From Gammaproteobacteria bacterium (GTDB lineage Bacteria; Pseudomonadota; Gammaproteobacteria; Steroidobacterales; UBA11654), in contig JAQWSZ010000012.1 in the NCBI GenBank assembly GCA_029242945.1, positions 943 to 64,942 of the forward strand: DNA of 64,000 nt. The letters run 5' to 3'. Positions within the stretch are counted from its first letter, which is position 1. The number at the start of each line of letters is the position of its first letter. The position numbers and the translations under genes were made by a program. Shown piece by piece: positions 19,377-28,765 of the stretch. A model generated the notes under the pieces. That model was given only the letters and a program-made list of their open reading frames with translations, was not told the DNA's origin and made no database searches.

Positions 19377-21713
19377 CTAAATTGTCTCAACAAGAACAAA
19401 TTGACCTAAAATTTGTGACTCAAAAGATACTGTATTATTTTCTCTATTGATCCAGCTCCCTACTTCCTTTCTAACTCTTGGCAATCGTTCATATTGCTCA
19501 GTTATAACATTAAAAACATAAGGTCTTATCATTTCTGGGTTTTTAACCTTATTCTTATCATAACTTATTGTCAGTGTTGCCGGTGCATTTAGCGTGGTTC
19601 TATGAGGTCCAAAAAATACAGATTTAGAAACAGCATTGGGATGTATTGGCATCAACTCAGATGGAGAAAGCTTGTTTTGAGTACCAATAACAGCAGTAAA
19701 ATTATCTTTAGCAGAATCCAAATAATCTGATAACTCCATATATTCATTGATTGGTCTAACCGCTGTTATTCCTGAATTAGGACTTGGGTGTGACTCAGGT
19801 CTCCAACGATTATTCCAGTTATATGAGTTGGGTTTCTCTGGATTTGGATCAGCATTTATTATTAGCTCTGCTCCTGATAAATCCCCACTACTTACTTTTA
19901 CTTCTCCACCTTCTAATAAAGATATTTCACCACTCGCTGCGATCTCAATATCTAGATTTGGGAAAATACCAAAACGTTCGATACCACCACGAATTCTATT
20001 CATATAATTGACTGCTAAGTCTTCATTAAAATCCTCGAAAGCTTCTGTTAGTTGCAACCGTGTAAAGCCTTCAGGACATTGATGGTTAATTGCTTGTGTT
20101 TGCTCATAATCTCCTGGTCCATGATGTTTTTCACACCATGTCATCCTGTATTCTTCTTGGCGAATTTCTTCTAATGTATTCAATGGTATATTTAATGCTT
20201 CTCTCATATTAATTATTAGAATCCAATAGCTATAACCCCAATGCGACAATTGAATAATCACTTCTTTTTTATTTTGATTGAGAATAGCATCTTCTATATT
20301 TTCTCGTAGATCGCTAAATCGAAGTGGGTCATCTTTGTGGCCCAATTGTGATCCTCCAAATAAAGCATATGCAAATAAATTATTAGTCCGTGAATCAGAA
20401 CTTCCAATACCGCCAGTTTTATTAAATGTAATATTGTAATCATTCTCATTTTGCTCAATATATCTTTTAAAACTTAAAAAGTTTAAATAGGCATTTTCAT
20501 GAAAAACTTCTTGAATAAAAGGTGCTGCATTTGACATTGGTCCCACTGGATTAGCACCTGGCCAAGGTAAGCCAAAGGTTGTATAAATGACTGCCACTTC
20601 TTTACCTGGCTCAATATGATTAAGATGACGCTTTAAATTTTTATGCATCATTAAGTTATATTCAGGCGTTCTACCATACATTCTCACTTGACTAATATTG
20701 AAGTCATCCACATCAAAACCTGCCCGACATAAGGATTGAGATGAAAGATGAAGATCCCAAAAATTATTAGCATAAATATTATGATCTGTAATCGGCTTGG
20801 CCAGCACAATATCACGATAACCATTTCTGCCTAAACGAGGCATAGTATCTTTAAGATGCTTTGTTTTTCCTGGTACATTGGAATAATAGCCTTCGGTAAC
20901 TCTTATTTGATTATCAAAATATTCATTGATGTAGTTTTCAATAAAAGGATCTTGTGGTGCTTCAACTTTATCGTATGGAGGAAAATGAACTTCTTTATCG
21001 AGACTCCAACCCATCATGCCGGCAACTCTTGCCTTGTAGGCTTTATCTATTTCATAATAATCATTAATGCCGTTGGGCTTTTTTATAAGAAAAATACCAT
21101 CCAAGTAATCGATTCCATTTCTTGGATCAGGTGTGTATCTAATTAGTGGAGCGCCACCAGAATCTGCTGATCGAGAAGAAACATAGTCCTTCATTGCAAT
21201 AATATCTATTCCATCTAAATCTTCCTTATACAGGATCGGAGCATCTCCTCCAGCATAAGGAAAATCACCCACTTTATTATTCACAATAGGAAAAAAACTT
21301 TGTCCATCTTCACTAATTTTATAAGCACCAACACTATCCCAAAGTCTTTCCATACCTTCTACTTTTCTACCAATAGCAAATGGTAACCTTGAAATTTCTA
21401 CTTGAAATGGAAAGGATCCTACATGCCATTGAGTACAGGCTTGATTAGGCTTAGTAACTCTTTCTCCTCCAGATGTACGCCAAAAAAGATAATCATCATA
21501 ATCCTTATTAAAACCCTCAGGTGTTCCCCATCCAGAAAGAACCACTACAGGCTCTTTTTTAATTCTTAAACTTAAAGGGTCACCATTTCTCTTTAATAAA
21601 ACAGCAGGCTTATAACCATTGGCAGGTATATAGTCATAACTGTAAAAGAAAATTCCAATAAATAATCCAATTACCCCCAAAGTAATGCCTAAGCTTCTAT
21701 TAATTGGTTTCAT
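19377..21713 (-). CDS. large membrane-anchored hypothetical protein (778 aa), no recognised family
   Basis: Long uninterrupted ORF. A single N-terminal hydrophobic helix (LGITLGVIGLFIGIFFY) is followed by about 750 aa of W/Y/N/P-rich, presumably periplasmic sequence. No motif could be assigned. Confidence 0.6.
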   Translation of the reverse strand: MKPINRSLGITLGVIGLFIGIFFYSYDYIPANGYKPAVLLKRNGDPLSLRIKKEPVVVLSGWGTPEGFNKDYDDYLFWRTSGGERVTKPNQACTQWHVGSFPFQVEISRLPFAIGRKVEGMERLWDSVGAYKISEDGQSFFPIVNNKVGDFPYAGGDAPILYKEDLDGIDIIAMKDYVSSRSADSGGAPLIRYTPDPRNGIDYLDGIFLIKKPNGINDYYEIDKAYKARVAGMMGWSLDKEVHFPPYDKVEAPQDPFIENYINEYFDNQIRVTEGYYSNVPGKTKHLKDTMPRLGRNGYRDIVLAKPITDHNIYANNFWDLHLSSQSLCRAGFDVDDFNISQVRMYGRTPEYNLMMHKNLKRHLNHIEPGKEVAVIYTTFGLPWPGANPVGPMSNAAPFIQEVFHENAYLNFLSFKRYIEQNENDYNITFNKTGGIGSSDSRTNNLFAYALFGGSQLGHKDDPLRFSDLRENIEDAILNQNKKEVIIQLSHWGYSYWILIINMREALNIPLNTLEEIRQEEYRMTWCEKHHGPGDYEQTQAINHQCPEGFTRLQLTEAFEDFNEDLAVNYMNRIRGGIERFGIFPNLDIEIAASGEISLLEGGEVKVSSGDLSGAELIINADPNPEKPNSYNWNNRWRPESHPSPNSGITAVRPINEYMELSDYLDSAKDNFTAVIGTQNKLSPSELMPIHPNAVSKSVFFGPHRTTLNAPATLTISYDKNKVKNPEMIRPYVFNVITEQYERLPRVRKEVGSWINRENNTVSFESQILGQFVLVETI

Positions 21714-21820
21714 ATGTTACCTCTATGATCGATATTTTTTTAACTCCAATTATCTTATTAAGATCAGAAAATAAATACAATTACATAGTTTTATCTTGAT
21801 GATTCAACAATTAAATAAAA

Positions 21821-21848
21821 AAGCCAGGGGATTTTAATCCCCTGGCTT
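21821..21848 (-). terminator. rho-independent terminator after the 21875-22561 gene
   Basis: Perfect 12-bp stem AAGCCAGGGGAT/ATCCCCTGGCTT with a 4-nt loop. On the minus strand it is followed by TTTTTTATTT. It lies 27 nt after the stop. Confidence 0.8.
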
Positions 21849-21874
21849 AAAGACAGTTTTTTAGTCAAGCTTTA

Positions 21875-22561
21875 TCAATCCTGAACTAGAGTCAGTAAAT
21901 CATCAGAATGCTCTAACAAATCTAAATCTGCTGTGGATAGTTCCTTTTCGAGTATTTTATTAATTGCTGTATGTTTTTTGCCAAAATCTGAAAAATTATC
22001 AAATCCACAAGAAATATAATGCGCTAACTCAGGACCCCAACTATGAAAATACAAATCACAGCCGCCAAAAGCCCTATCAAAAGCATTAAATAGAATTTCA
22101 GCTCTTTCTTGTTTTTCTGTAAGAGTTAGGTAGGGTCCAAATTTCCAAGATGTCCAAACATTATTCTTCGGTGCTTTGCCCATATTCAACTTTTGAACAT
22201 CTAGTATATGATCCGTATGCGATGAATAATTTTGTGTTATTTCCATTCGGTCTTCATTGGCTTCTGCTGTTTCATGAATGGCATCTAATTGTTCGAAATC
22301 TTTAAAAAAACAGTAAGCGTAAAAAGCACGTTGGCCACCATACCAATGCCTGTATAAACCACAATCATTATAACCGTCCTCTTCCTGTTGTAGCTGAAGC
22401 GCTGCTAATTCCTTTTCTAAATCTGCTGGGTTTTGTCCGGGTGCTATTTCATAGGTTGAAAGCAGCATATGATTATTGCCAGGAGGATTTGTTTCCTCAT
22501 GATGTGCTGAAAAAATATTACTCGAGTAGATGATTAGAGCGATTATAAAAATATTTCTCAT
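21875..22561 (-). CDS. secreted hypothetical protein with an internal two-fold repeat
   Basis: Signal peptide MRNIFIIALIIYSSNIFSA. Two related segments: CGLYRHWYGGQRAFYAYCFFKDFEQLDAIHE and CDLYFHSWGPELAHYISCGFDNFSDFGKKHT. Confidence 0.6.
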   Translation of the reverse strand: MRNIFIIALIIYSSNIFSAHHEETNPPGNNHMLLSTYEIAPGQNPADLEKELAALQLQQEEDGYNDCGLYRHWYGGQRAFYAYCFFKDFEQLDAIHETAEANEDRMEITQNYSSHTDHILDVQKLNMGKAPKNNVWTSWKFGPYLTLTEKQERAEILFNAFDRAFGGCDLYFHSWGPELAHYISCGFDNFSDFGKKHTAINKILEKELSTADLDLLEHSDDLLTLVQD

Positions 22562-22656
22562 TTGTTTCTCCTAAAAAAGATGAACTTAGATAATTCATCC
22601 TACATAATCATTAAGCAATAGTGAATCAGCAATTAAAATTGTAATATTGAATTAGG

Positions 22657-23280
22657 ATGATTGATTTAAAGACAAAAACTGCATTGTGGGTTCTACCTAT
22701 TCACTTGTACGCTTTCTTGATCCCGGTAGCTCTAATACCAACACTTAATCATCATGAATTATTTCTTCAAGAGATAATTTTCAGTCATAAAATACTAGTT
22801 TATGCCATGTTCATTCTTGCCTTGGGTAGTTTATTTGAAATCATTCAAAATCATAAAGACCATTGGTTCATAACTGCTGATAAAGCTAGTGGCAATGGTT
22901 TTAGTCTTTATGATGGTTTATTTACGTTCTTTATCCTCTTTGGTCAGGTAATGATCTTGATAAGCTTTATAGGGCAATACAAATGGATCATTGTAATATC
23001 CTTATTGTCTTTATCTCTCGGCCCAATTCTTTACTACAAAAGAAAACTTATTTTCTTACCAACGAGTATTATTGGCTTTCTAAACACAATAGTTGCATTT
23101 CTGCTATTTTCTGAACCAGTGATATTTATGCAATTGGTTATGGTTGGATTAACAATTGTCTTCTTCAATAAATTGATTGCAACTAATAATCAATACTTTC
23201 ATGGATTAACCACTTTGTGTGCATCTTCAGGAATAGTATTTTTAGTCATTGCAATCAAAAAAGCAGCTCTTATCTCATAA
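22657..23280 (+). CDS. polytopic membrane protein (hypothetical)
   Basis: About 6 hydrophobic helices and no recognised family. Its stop is 1 nt before the ATG of the next gene. Confidence 0.5.
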   Translation: MIDLKTKTALWVLPIHLYAFLIPVALIPTLNHHELFLQEIIFSHKILVYAMFILALGSLFEIIQNHKDHWFITADKASGNGFSLYDGLFTFFILFGQVMILISFIGQYKWIIVISLLSLSLGPILYYKRKLIFLPTSIIGFLNTIVAFLLFSEPVIFMQLVMVGLTIVFFNKLIATNNQYFHGLTTLCASSGIVFLVIAIKKAALIS

Positions 23281-23281
23281 T

Positions 23282-24475
23282 ATGAATCGCCGACATTTTT
23301 CAAAAATTCTTGCTAGTCTAGCCCTTTCCGGAACATCAAATATTGATTCTACAATCCTGAAAGAAAAAATCACGATCATCGGTGGCGGTATTTTAGGTTT
23401 ATCTATTGGTTATCAACTTTCAAAGGCTGGTGCTGAGGTCACTTTAATTGAAAAGGATTTTCTAGGTTCTCATGCAAGCGGTAGTTCATTTTCATGGATA
23501 AATGCTTCCTATGACAAAACACCACTCAGCTATAACACTCTTGCACAGTTAGGTATAAGAGCGTACCACCAATTACAAAAAGAACTGAATCTGGATATTA
23601 AATGGGGTGGCTCATTAGAATGGTTTAAATCAGAAAAAAATTCTAAGCGATTAATAAATAATGTAAGACTGCTTCAAAGCTATCAAGATCCGTTGGCAAT
23701 TCAGATCATAAACCATGATCAAGCTTCAGAATTAGAACATTTTGCTAACTTTCAACACTCTCAAACGATAGCGTATTCAATTCATGAAGGTGCTATGAAT
23801 ACAGTATCAACAATCAAAAAATTCTCGGAAGGAATAAAGAATAATGGAGGTAAGATCATATTTCCCGCTGAATTTAAAGAACTTGTATATAAGGGCAATA
23901 CTCTCAATTCAATAAAAACATCAGTTGGGGAAATAAAAACAAATCAAGTTATTTTTGCATGTGGTACTAATACTGATAATATTCTAAATTCAAAAATGAT
24001 GAGACCTTCCACTCCTGGAATTATTCTTAGAACTAAGCCCATAAAACCAATAATCAATAGAGTTATTGTTGCTCCAGGTATTCATATTCATCAACAAAAT
24101 AATGGCCGATTAATCATTGGTGAGCAAAGAGGTCCGGGCATACAACATGATGAAAGACTTATAAAAAAACCGAAAAAATTCCCTAATCGTGATTTTGAAA
24201 AAATGCATCAAAATCGCATATTAACAATTGCTAAAGAAATTATTCCAGAATTAAATAATTTAGAAGTAGAAAAAACAACAATAGGTTGGAGACCTTTGCC
24301 TAAAGACGGAAAACCTATAGTAGGTCCTATACAAAAATTACCTGGGGTGTATCTAACAGTAATGCATAGTGGAATCTCTCTGGCTGGTATTATGGGTCAA
24401 CTAGTAAAAGAAGAGATTCTAGAAGCAAGAACTAATAAATTATTGGAAGATTTTAGACCTTCAAGATTTACTTGA
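23282..24475 (+). CDS. FAD-dependent oxidoreductase (DAO / D-amino-acid dehydrogenase-like) with a twin-arginine signal
   Basis: Start moved to the ATG at 23282, giving MNRRHFSKILASLALSGTS (a Tat-type RRxFxK motif). FAD dinucleotide fold ITIIGGGILGLSIGYQLSKAGAEVTLIEKD. Confidence 0.78.
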   Translation: MNRRHFSKILASLALSGTSNIDSTILKEKITIIGGGILGLSIGYQLSKAGAEVTLIEKDFLGSHASGSSFSWINASYDKTPLSYNTLAQLGIRAYHQLQKELNLDIKWGGSLEWFKSEKNSKRLINNVRLLQSYQDPLAIQIINHDQASELEHFANFQHSQTIAYSIHEGAMNTVSTIKKFSEGIKNNGGKIIFPAEFKELVYKGNTLNSIKTSVGEIKTNQVIFACGTNTDNILNSKMMRPSTPGIILRTKPIKPIINRVIVAPGIHIHQQNNGRLIIGEQRGPGIQHDERLIKKPKKFPNRDFEKMHQNRILTIAKEIIPELNNLEVEKTTIGWRPLPKDGKPIVGPIQKLPGVYLTVMHSGISLAGIMGQLVKEEILEARTNKLLEDFRPSRFT

Positions 24476-24511
24476 TATATAGGATGATTGCTTTATGATT
24501 CTGAGTTGAAA

Positions 24512-24664
24512 ATGAATGAGGATCTAAAATATTTAAAAATCTTTGTTGGTCTTGCTTTTATTCCATTTTTTATATTGATCTTATTTAATGCTTGGGCTTT
24601 CTTTTCAGCACTATTTTTTCCTGAATTTAATCCTGTAGCAGTTATCTGCGGACCTAGAGTGTAA
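24512..24664 (+). CDS. possible 50-aa membrane peptide upstream of the copper chaperone genes
   Basis: ATG at 24512 to TAA at 24662-24664 translates to MNEDLKYLKIFVGLAFIPFFILILFNAWAFFSALFFPEFNPVAVICGPRV, with one or two TM helices. It ends 2 nt before the PCuAC ATG. Below the track size cutoff. Confidence 0.25.
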   Translation: MNEDLKYLKIFVGLAFIPFFILILFNAWAFFSALFFPEFNPVAVICGPRV

Positions 24665-24666
24665 TA

Positions 24667-25101
24667 ATGAAATTACTCAAGTATACCGTTATAACATTAG
24701 TTTTTATATCCGATATCTCACTTGCGAATTTGTCCTTAGAAAACTCTTGGGTTAGAGCTGCACCAATGAACTCAACAAAAATGTCGGCTTATGGCTTATT
24801 GAAAAATAATACAATGAGCTCCTTTAATCTAATTAGAATTGAAGCCTCAGGATTCAAGAATACACAAATACATCAAAGTCAGATCAATAAAGAAATAATG
24901 TCTATGAAAGAGTTAAAAAATTTTACAATAGAAGCCAATAGTGAAATTGAACTTACACCAGGAGGTAAGCATATAATGCTTCAATTTCCGATGAAAATTT
25001 TTAAAATTGGTGACTCCGTAGAGCTGCTACTATTCTTTGAATCCAGTTATGAAGAAAAAGTAATTCGGGTTAATGCGCCTATAAAAAGAGAAGCGCCATA
25101 G
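24667..25101 (+). CDS. periplasmic copper chaperone PCu(A)C (DUF461 family)
   Basis: Signal peptide, then NSWVRAAPMNSTKMSAYGLLKNN and TPGGKHIML motifs (the H/M copper ligand pattern of the family). Adjacent to SCO1. Confidence 0.78.
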   Translation: MKLLKYTVITLVFISDISLANLSLENSWVRAAPMNSTKMSAYGLLKNNTMSSFNLIRIEASGFKNTQIHQSQINKEIMSMKELKNFTIEANSEIELTPGGKHIMLQFPMKIFKIGDSVELLLFFESSYEEKVIRVNAPIKREAP

Positions 25102-25151
25102 ATAAAAAAAATATAATTTTCATAGGATGCCTGCTATTAATACTATCTCTA

Positions 25152-25715
25152 ATGGCAGTATTTTTAAAACTATCCCCTGTTCTGATAGATAAAAAACCTG
25201 AACTAATTACTGGAAAGTTTTTAAGTCAACCACTACCTATAAAACCCTTTAGTCTAATTAATCAGTATCAAGAAGATTTCAATAAAGAAGATCTACAAAA
25301 TAAGTGGTCAATACTTTTCTTTGGCTATACTAATTGTCCAGATGTTTGTCCGACAACTATCTATAAACTCTCAGAGATCCAAAAAAAAATAGCACAAAAA
25401 AAAGAACTAAATGATCAATTACAAGTAATATTAATCACACTTGATCCAAAAAGAGATAGTGTCACTAGATTAAGAGAATACTTGGCTTTTTTTGGACCTT
25501 CTTTGATTGGCCTCACAGGTAATGATTCAGAAATAAGCAAAATAACTTCAAATCTAAGCGTTTATTTTGAACAAGTTGGCAAAGGAGATCAGTATGATTT
25601 TAATCACACAGCTTCTATATTCTTAATTGGGCCAGAAGGAACTGTAATAGCTTCTTTTAGTCCTGCATCACAATCTCAAGAGTTAAGTCAGGATATTCTA
25701 AATATTATTCAATAA
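25152..25715 (+). CDS. SCO1/SenC family copper chaperone (thioredoxin fold)
   Basis: FGYTNCPDVCPTT CxxxC copper site, conserved downstream His (FNHTASIFLIGPEG). The true start probably lies upstream at a non-canonical codon (see findings). Confidence 0.85.
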   Translation: MAVFLKLSPVLIDKKPELITGKFLSQPLPIKPFSLINQYQEDFNKEDLQNKWSILFFGYTNCPDVCPTTIYKLSEIQKKIAQKKELNDQLQVILITLDPKRDSVTRLREYLAFFGPSLIGLTGNDSEISKITSNLSVYFEQVGKGDQYDFNHTASIFLIGPEGTVIASFSPASQSQELSQDILNIIQ

Positions 25716-25727
25716 TTAATGTAGATA

Positions 25728-26084
25728 CTACTTTAGCTTTACAGCTGTTCCTGATGCCACAAGAAAAAGCATACCCTTTCCTTTACCGGAAAACTCTTGA
25801 TAATCCAGATCCACAGCAATTACAGCATCTGCTCCTAATTCAATAGCTGCTATTTTTAATTCTCTTAAGCATGTTGTCCTGGCATCTTTCAATACTTTTT
25901 GGCTAGCACTACTTCTACCTCCAAAGATATCTCTAATTCCAGCAAACAAGTCTCTGAATATATTCATGCCGAAAACACATTCAGCTGTAATAATTTCTAG
26001 CTCAGCTTCTATTTCATGATTGGCAACACTAGGGGCAGTAGTTAAGATTAAATCATCAATCTCTTGATCTGTGATCTCTGTCAT
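25728..26084 (-). CDS. YbjQ (UPF0145) family putative heavy-metal-binding protein
   Basis: Length 118 aa. GADAVIAVDLDYQEF...MLFLVASGTAVKL is typical of YbjQ_1/DUF74 proteins. Confidence 0.75.
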   Translation of the reverse strand: MTEITDQEIDDLILTTAPSVANHEIEAELEIITAECVFGMNIFRDLFAGIRDIFGGRSSASQKVLKDARTTCLRELKIAAIELGADAVIAVDLDYQEFSGKGKGMLFLVASGTAVKLK

Positions 26085-26194
26085 ATTAAATCCTTATAAA
26101 AGTCTTATCCCTTAATTTTGAAAGATTTTAGTAATAATTTTTTTTCATCCTTTAGATTTCAGTGGCAAATGTAGATGTTTATCAGTTGCTCCAA

Positions 26195-27160
26195 CTAATT
26201 CAACATACTCGGGTCCATGCCCATACTTTTCATTTGATCTAGAACTACTGTTTTTGTAATTGCATTAATTCCATTATCTCTTGCATAATCTTCGACATTG
26301 TTAATAGCCATTTCAATAATTCCTGGAGGAGTTTGTGCAATCATCTCTTTGGATTCTGTGTCCCAGTCCATGCTAAGCTTCATATCAAAGCTATCTTTAG
26401 AAATATTATCAAAAGTTTGAGCCTCTTTTGCTTTTTTAGCTCGCTTTCTTTTATCCCAATATTCTGATTCCTCAGGTTTTGTAGCCTCAAGTACAGCTCT
26501 CGCATCTGGTGTGGTAGTCATAATATTGAATAAACTATCAAGGTATTTGCTAGGCACGACAACGAACATCTCTTCTGGTTTGAGACGATTATTCATTCTA
26601 CCACCTAGGTCACCAGGAGTAATCACTACATTTCCATCATGCCAAGGCGATGCAAAAAGATCACTACAAAAAGAAGATCCACAAGAGCCTCTAGGAGGAG
26701 TTCCATCAATCACTGTCCGAGCACCTCCAATAAAGTTAGCCCAGTGAGGAGTGCAAACTACTACAATCCAATCAACATGAATACCATCAGGCACTTCAGA
26801 GAGAGGGGCTGCTCCAATACCCACAACGGTATTTTGTGGTAAAACATATTCACCTGATTTAATTTTTTCAGCACCTACATCTGTAAAGGCTGGTATGTTT
26901 TTGGCCAAATACTGCCCATTTCTAATCTCATCAGTACCCTCATGAACGCCAGCAGTATATACACCTGTAGTACAATCATGGTGATGTTTATCAAAAGAGA
27001 CAACTTCCCCTTTATCCATTGCATGACGAACAATTGAGCATGGAACTACTTTTTTTTGTTGATAAGCTTCTGGTATCTCTTTTTCAAATAAACTAATTGC
27101 AACTGGATTACCTCTAACTTTTCCAGTCAATGTTTCATTAAGCTCTTTAAAATCTATCAT
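26195..27160 (-). CDS. DUF169-family protein fused to a protochlorophyllide-reductase-C-terminal-like (PCP_red-type) domain
   Basis: The N-terminal ~220 aa has the COG2043/DUF169-like pattern (VVPCSIVRHAMDKGEVVSF...HDCTTGVYTAGVHEG). The C-terminus (MDWDTESKEMIAQTPPGIIEMAINNVEDYARDNGINAITKTVV) fits the W-T-x-E-A...IP.FVR....E.fAR..G...IT pattern of the ChlB/BchB C-terminal domain. Confidence 0.6.
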   Translation of the reverse strand: MIDFKELNETLTGKVRGNPVAISLFEKEIPEAYQQKKVVPCSIVRHAMDKGEVVSFDKHHHDCTTGVYTAGVHEGTDEIRNGQYLAKNIPAFTDVGAEKIKSGEYVLPQNTVVGIGAAPLSEVPDGIHVDWIVVVCTPHWANFIGGARTVIDGTPPRGSCGSSFCSDLFASPWHDGNVVITPGDLGGRMNNRLKPEEMFVVVPSKYLDSLFNIMTTTPDARAVLEATKPEESEYWDKRKRAKKAKEAQTFDNISKDSFDMKLSMDWDTESKEMIAQTPPGIIEMAINNVEDYARDNGINAITKTVVLDQMKSMGMDPSMLN

Positions 27161-27271
27161 AATATTTTTATCAGTAATTTAAGGTCGAGTAAATACATAC
27201 TATTTTTATAAATACCATGTAAATATAAATTAGCATTATTACTTCAAAGATAAAACAGTTAGAATCTCTAT

Positions 27272-28147
27272 ATGAATTTTTGGAAGCAAAAAAAAGAAGA
27301 AAAATGGGTTGAAAGCCCGATGCATGATAATTGGTATCAATCCAGCTCTTATTTTCTAAGTTCTTTTGCTTTAATCACAACGGTTGATGAAAATGGAGTC
27401 ACTAGCATTGGACCTTATCAATTATCATTTCCATTTGGAGTCATACAAAGAAGAGAATGGATTGTTATTTCGAGAAGAGGCAGTAATACTTCAAAAAATA
27501 TCAAAAGAATTAAAAAATGTGCAATGAATTTCGTGGAATACGATAAAAAGCAAACTAAAAATATTGTTGACTTGGGTTATCCAGGACAAGATCCAGAAGA
27601 AAAAATGAAGGATTGTGTTTTTGAACTTGAAAATTCACCCACTGAAAATTATGTCAATGATCCAGAGAGACCTAAAATTATTAAATCTGCTTTCCAAGTC
27701 TTTGAATGTGAATTAAATGATAACCCTGAAGATTTTTACTACAAAGGAACTGATTCAACTGAATATATGTTGCTTAAAATAAATAAAATTCACCTTAAAG
27801 AAAAGTGGAGAAATAACCTTGATCTTGGCGATGATATGCAAATTCCAAATATGCCAATTAGCTTTGGGTTTAGAAATGCTAATCAGTTTTGGTTTGCTAA
27901 ACATAAGAAACCTTTTTGGCTCCCTACTCCTGAAGGCAAAGGAGCTGAGCATGAAGCGGTAATGTATATAGCAAACAGAATGGATGAAAACATTGTCTTC
28001 ACAGCAAATGCTTGTAAACAGTTATCTGGAATTCCAAAAGTTTTTGTTAAAAAAGCACTCAAAGGAATTATTGGTGAGGCAAAAAAACAAGGTGTTAGCA
28101 AAATAGATGAAGCATTTGTTAAAACCATTAATGAAAAAAGAGGTTAA
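27272..28147 (+). CDS. flavin-reductase-like (split-barrel) protein fused to a PCP_red-type C-terminal domain
   Basis: Flavin_Reduct-like core (SSFALITTVDENGVTSIGPYQLSFPFG ... IIKSAFQVFECEL). The C-terminus (VFTANACKQLSGIPKVFVKKALKGIIGEAKKQGVSKIDEAFV) shows the same helical-domain pattern as the divergent neighbour. Confidence 0.55.
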   Translation: MNFWKQKKEEKWVESPMHDNWYQSSSYFLSSFALITTVDENGVTSIGPYQLSFPFGVIQRREWIVISRRGSNTSKNIKRIKKCAMNFVEYDKKQTKNIVDLGYPGQDPEEKMKDCVFELENSPTENYVNDPERPKIIKSAFQVFECELNDNPEDFYYKGTDSTEYMLLKINKIHLKEKWRNNLDLGDDMQIPNMPISFGFRNANQFWFAKHKKPFWLPTPEGKGAEHEAVMYIANRMDENIVFTANACKQLSGIPKVFVKKALKGIIGEAKKQGVSKIDEAFVKTINEKRG

Positions 28148-28155
28148 ATAAAAAA

Positions 28156-28740
28156 ATGACACACAGAACTGAAGAATTAAAAAAACTATCAGGTATACCT
28201 CACCTAATTAGAGAATTGAGATATCATGAATTTTCGAGGCAAAGTATCGGTATTATTTTGGTAAGTCTATTTGGCTTCACCACTGATTCAAATACACATA
28301 TAGCATTCCAGTCTCAACTGGCACAAATGATAATTATTCTAGGGCTTATTATTAGAATGTATGCATCAGGATTTGTCCTAAAAAATAAAGAACTCTCAAC
28401 TACAGGACCTTATGCCTATGTTAGACATCCTTTATACACAGGTAATATTCTAGTTTTATGTGGTATGGCTATCATCAATGGTCAAATTTGGGCTGGCCTG
28501 ATTGCCTTATCATTTTTCTGTTTTTACTACCCTGCTGCCATTGAATATGAAGATAGAAAATTAAAAGCATTATTTCCTGAAACATGGGAAAAGTGGGCTA
28601 ATAAAACCCCAGCACTAACTATAACATTCAAAAAAATTCATTCGTTAGAACTTGAGAATTGGTCTTGGAAAAAAAGTTTAATCCATAATTATGAGCCTGT
28701 AATTTTTATTTATGTATTGATTTGGCTAATAATACTCTGA
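28156..28740 (+). CDS. membrane methyltransferase of the isoprenylcysteine carboxyl / phospholipid methyltransferase (ICMT/PEMT) family
   Basis: Four to five TM helices and the family motif TTGPYAYVRHPLYTGNILVLCG. Confidence 0.7.
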   Translation: MTHRTEELKKLSGIPHLIRELRYHEFSRQSIGIILVSLFGFTTDSNTHIAFQSQLAQMIIILGLIIRMYASGFVLKNKELSTTGPYAYVRHPLYTGNILVLCGMAIINGQIWAGLIALSFFCFYYPAAIEYEDRKLKALFPETWEKWANKTPALTITFKKIHSLELENWSWKKSLIHNYEPVIFIYVLIWLIIL

Positions 28741-28765
28741 GTATTCTTCTTATAAGTTTTTCAAA

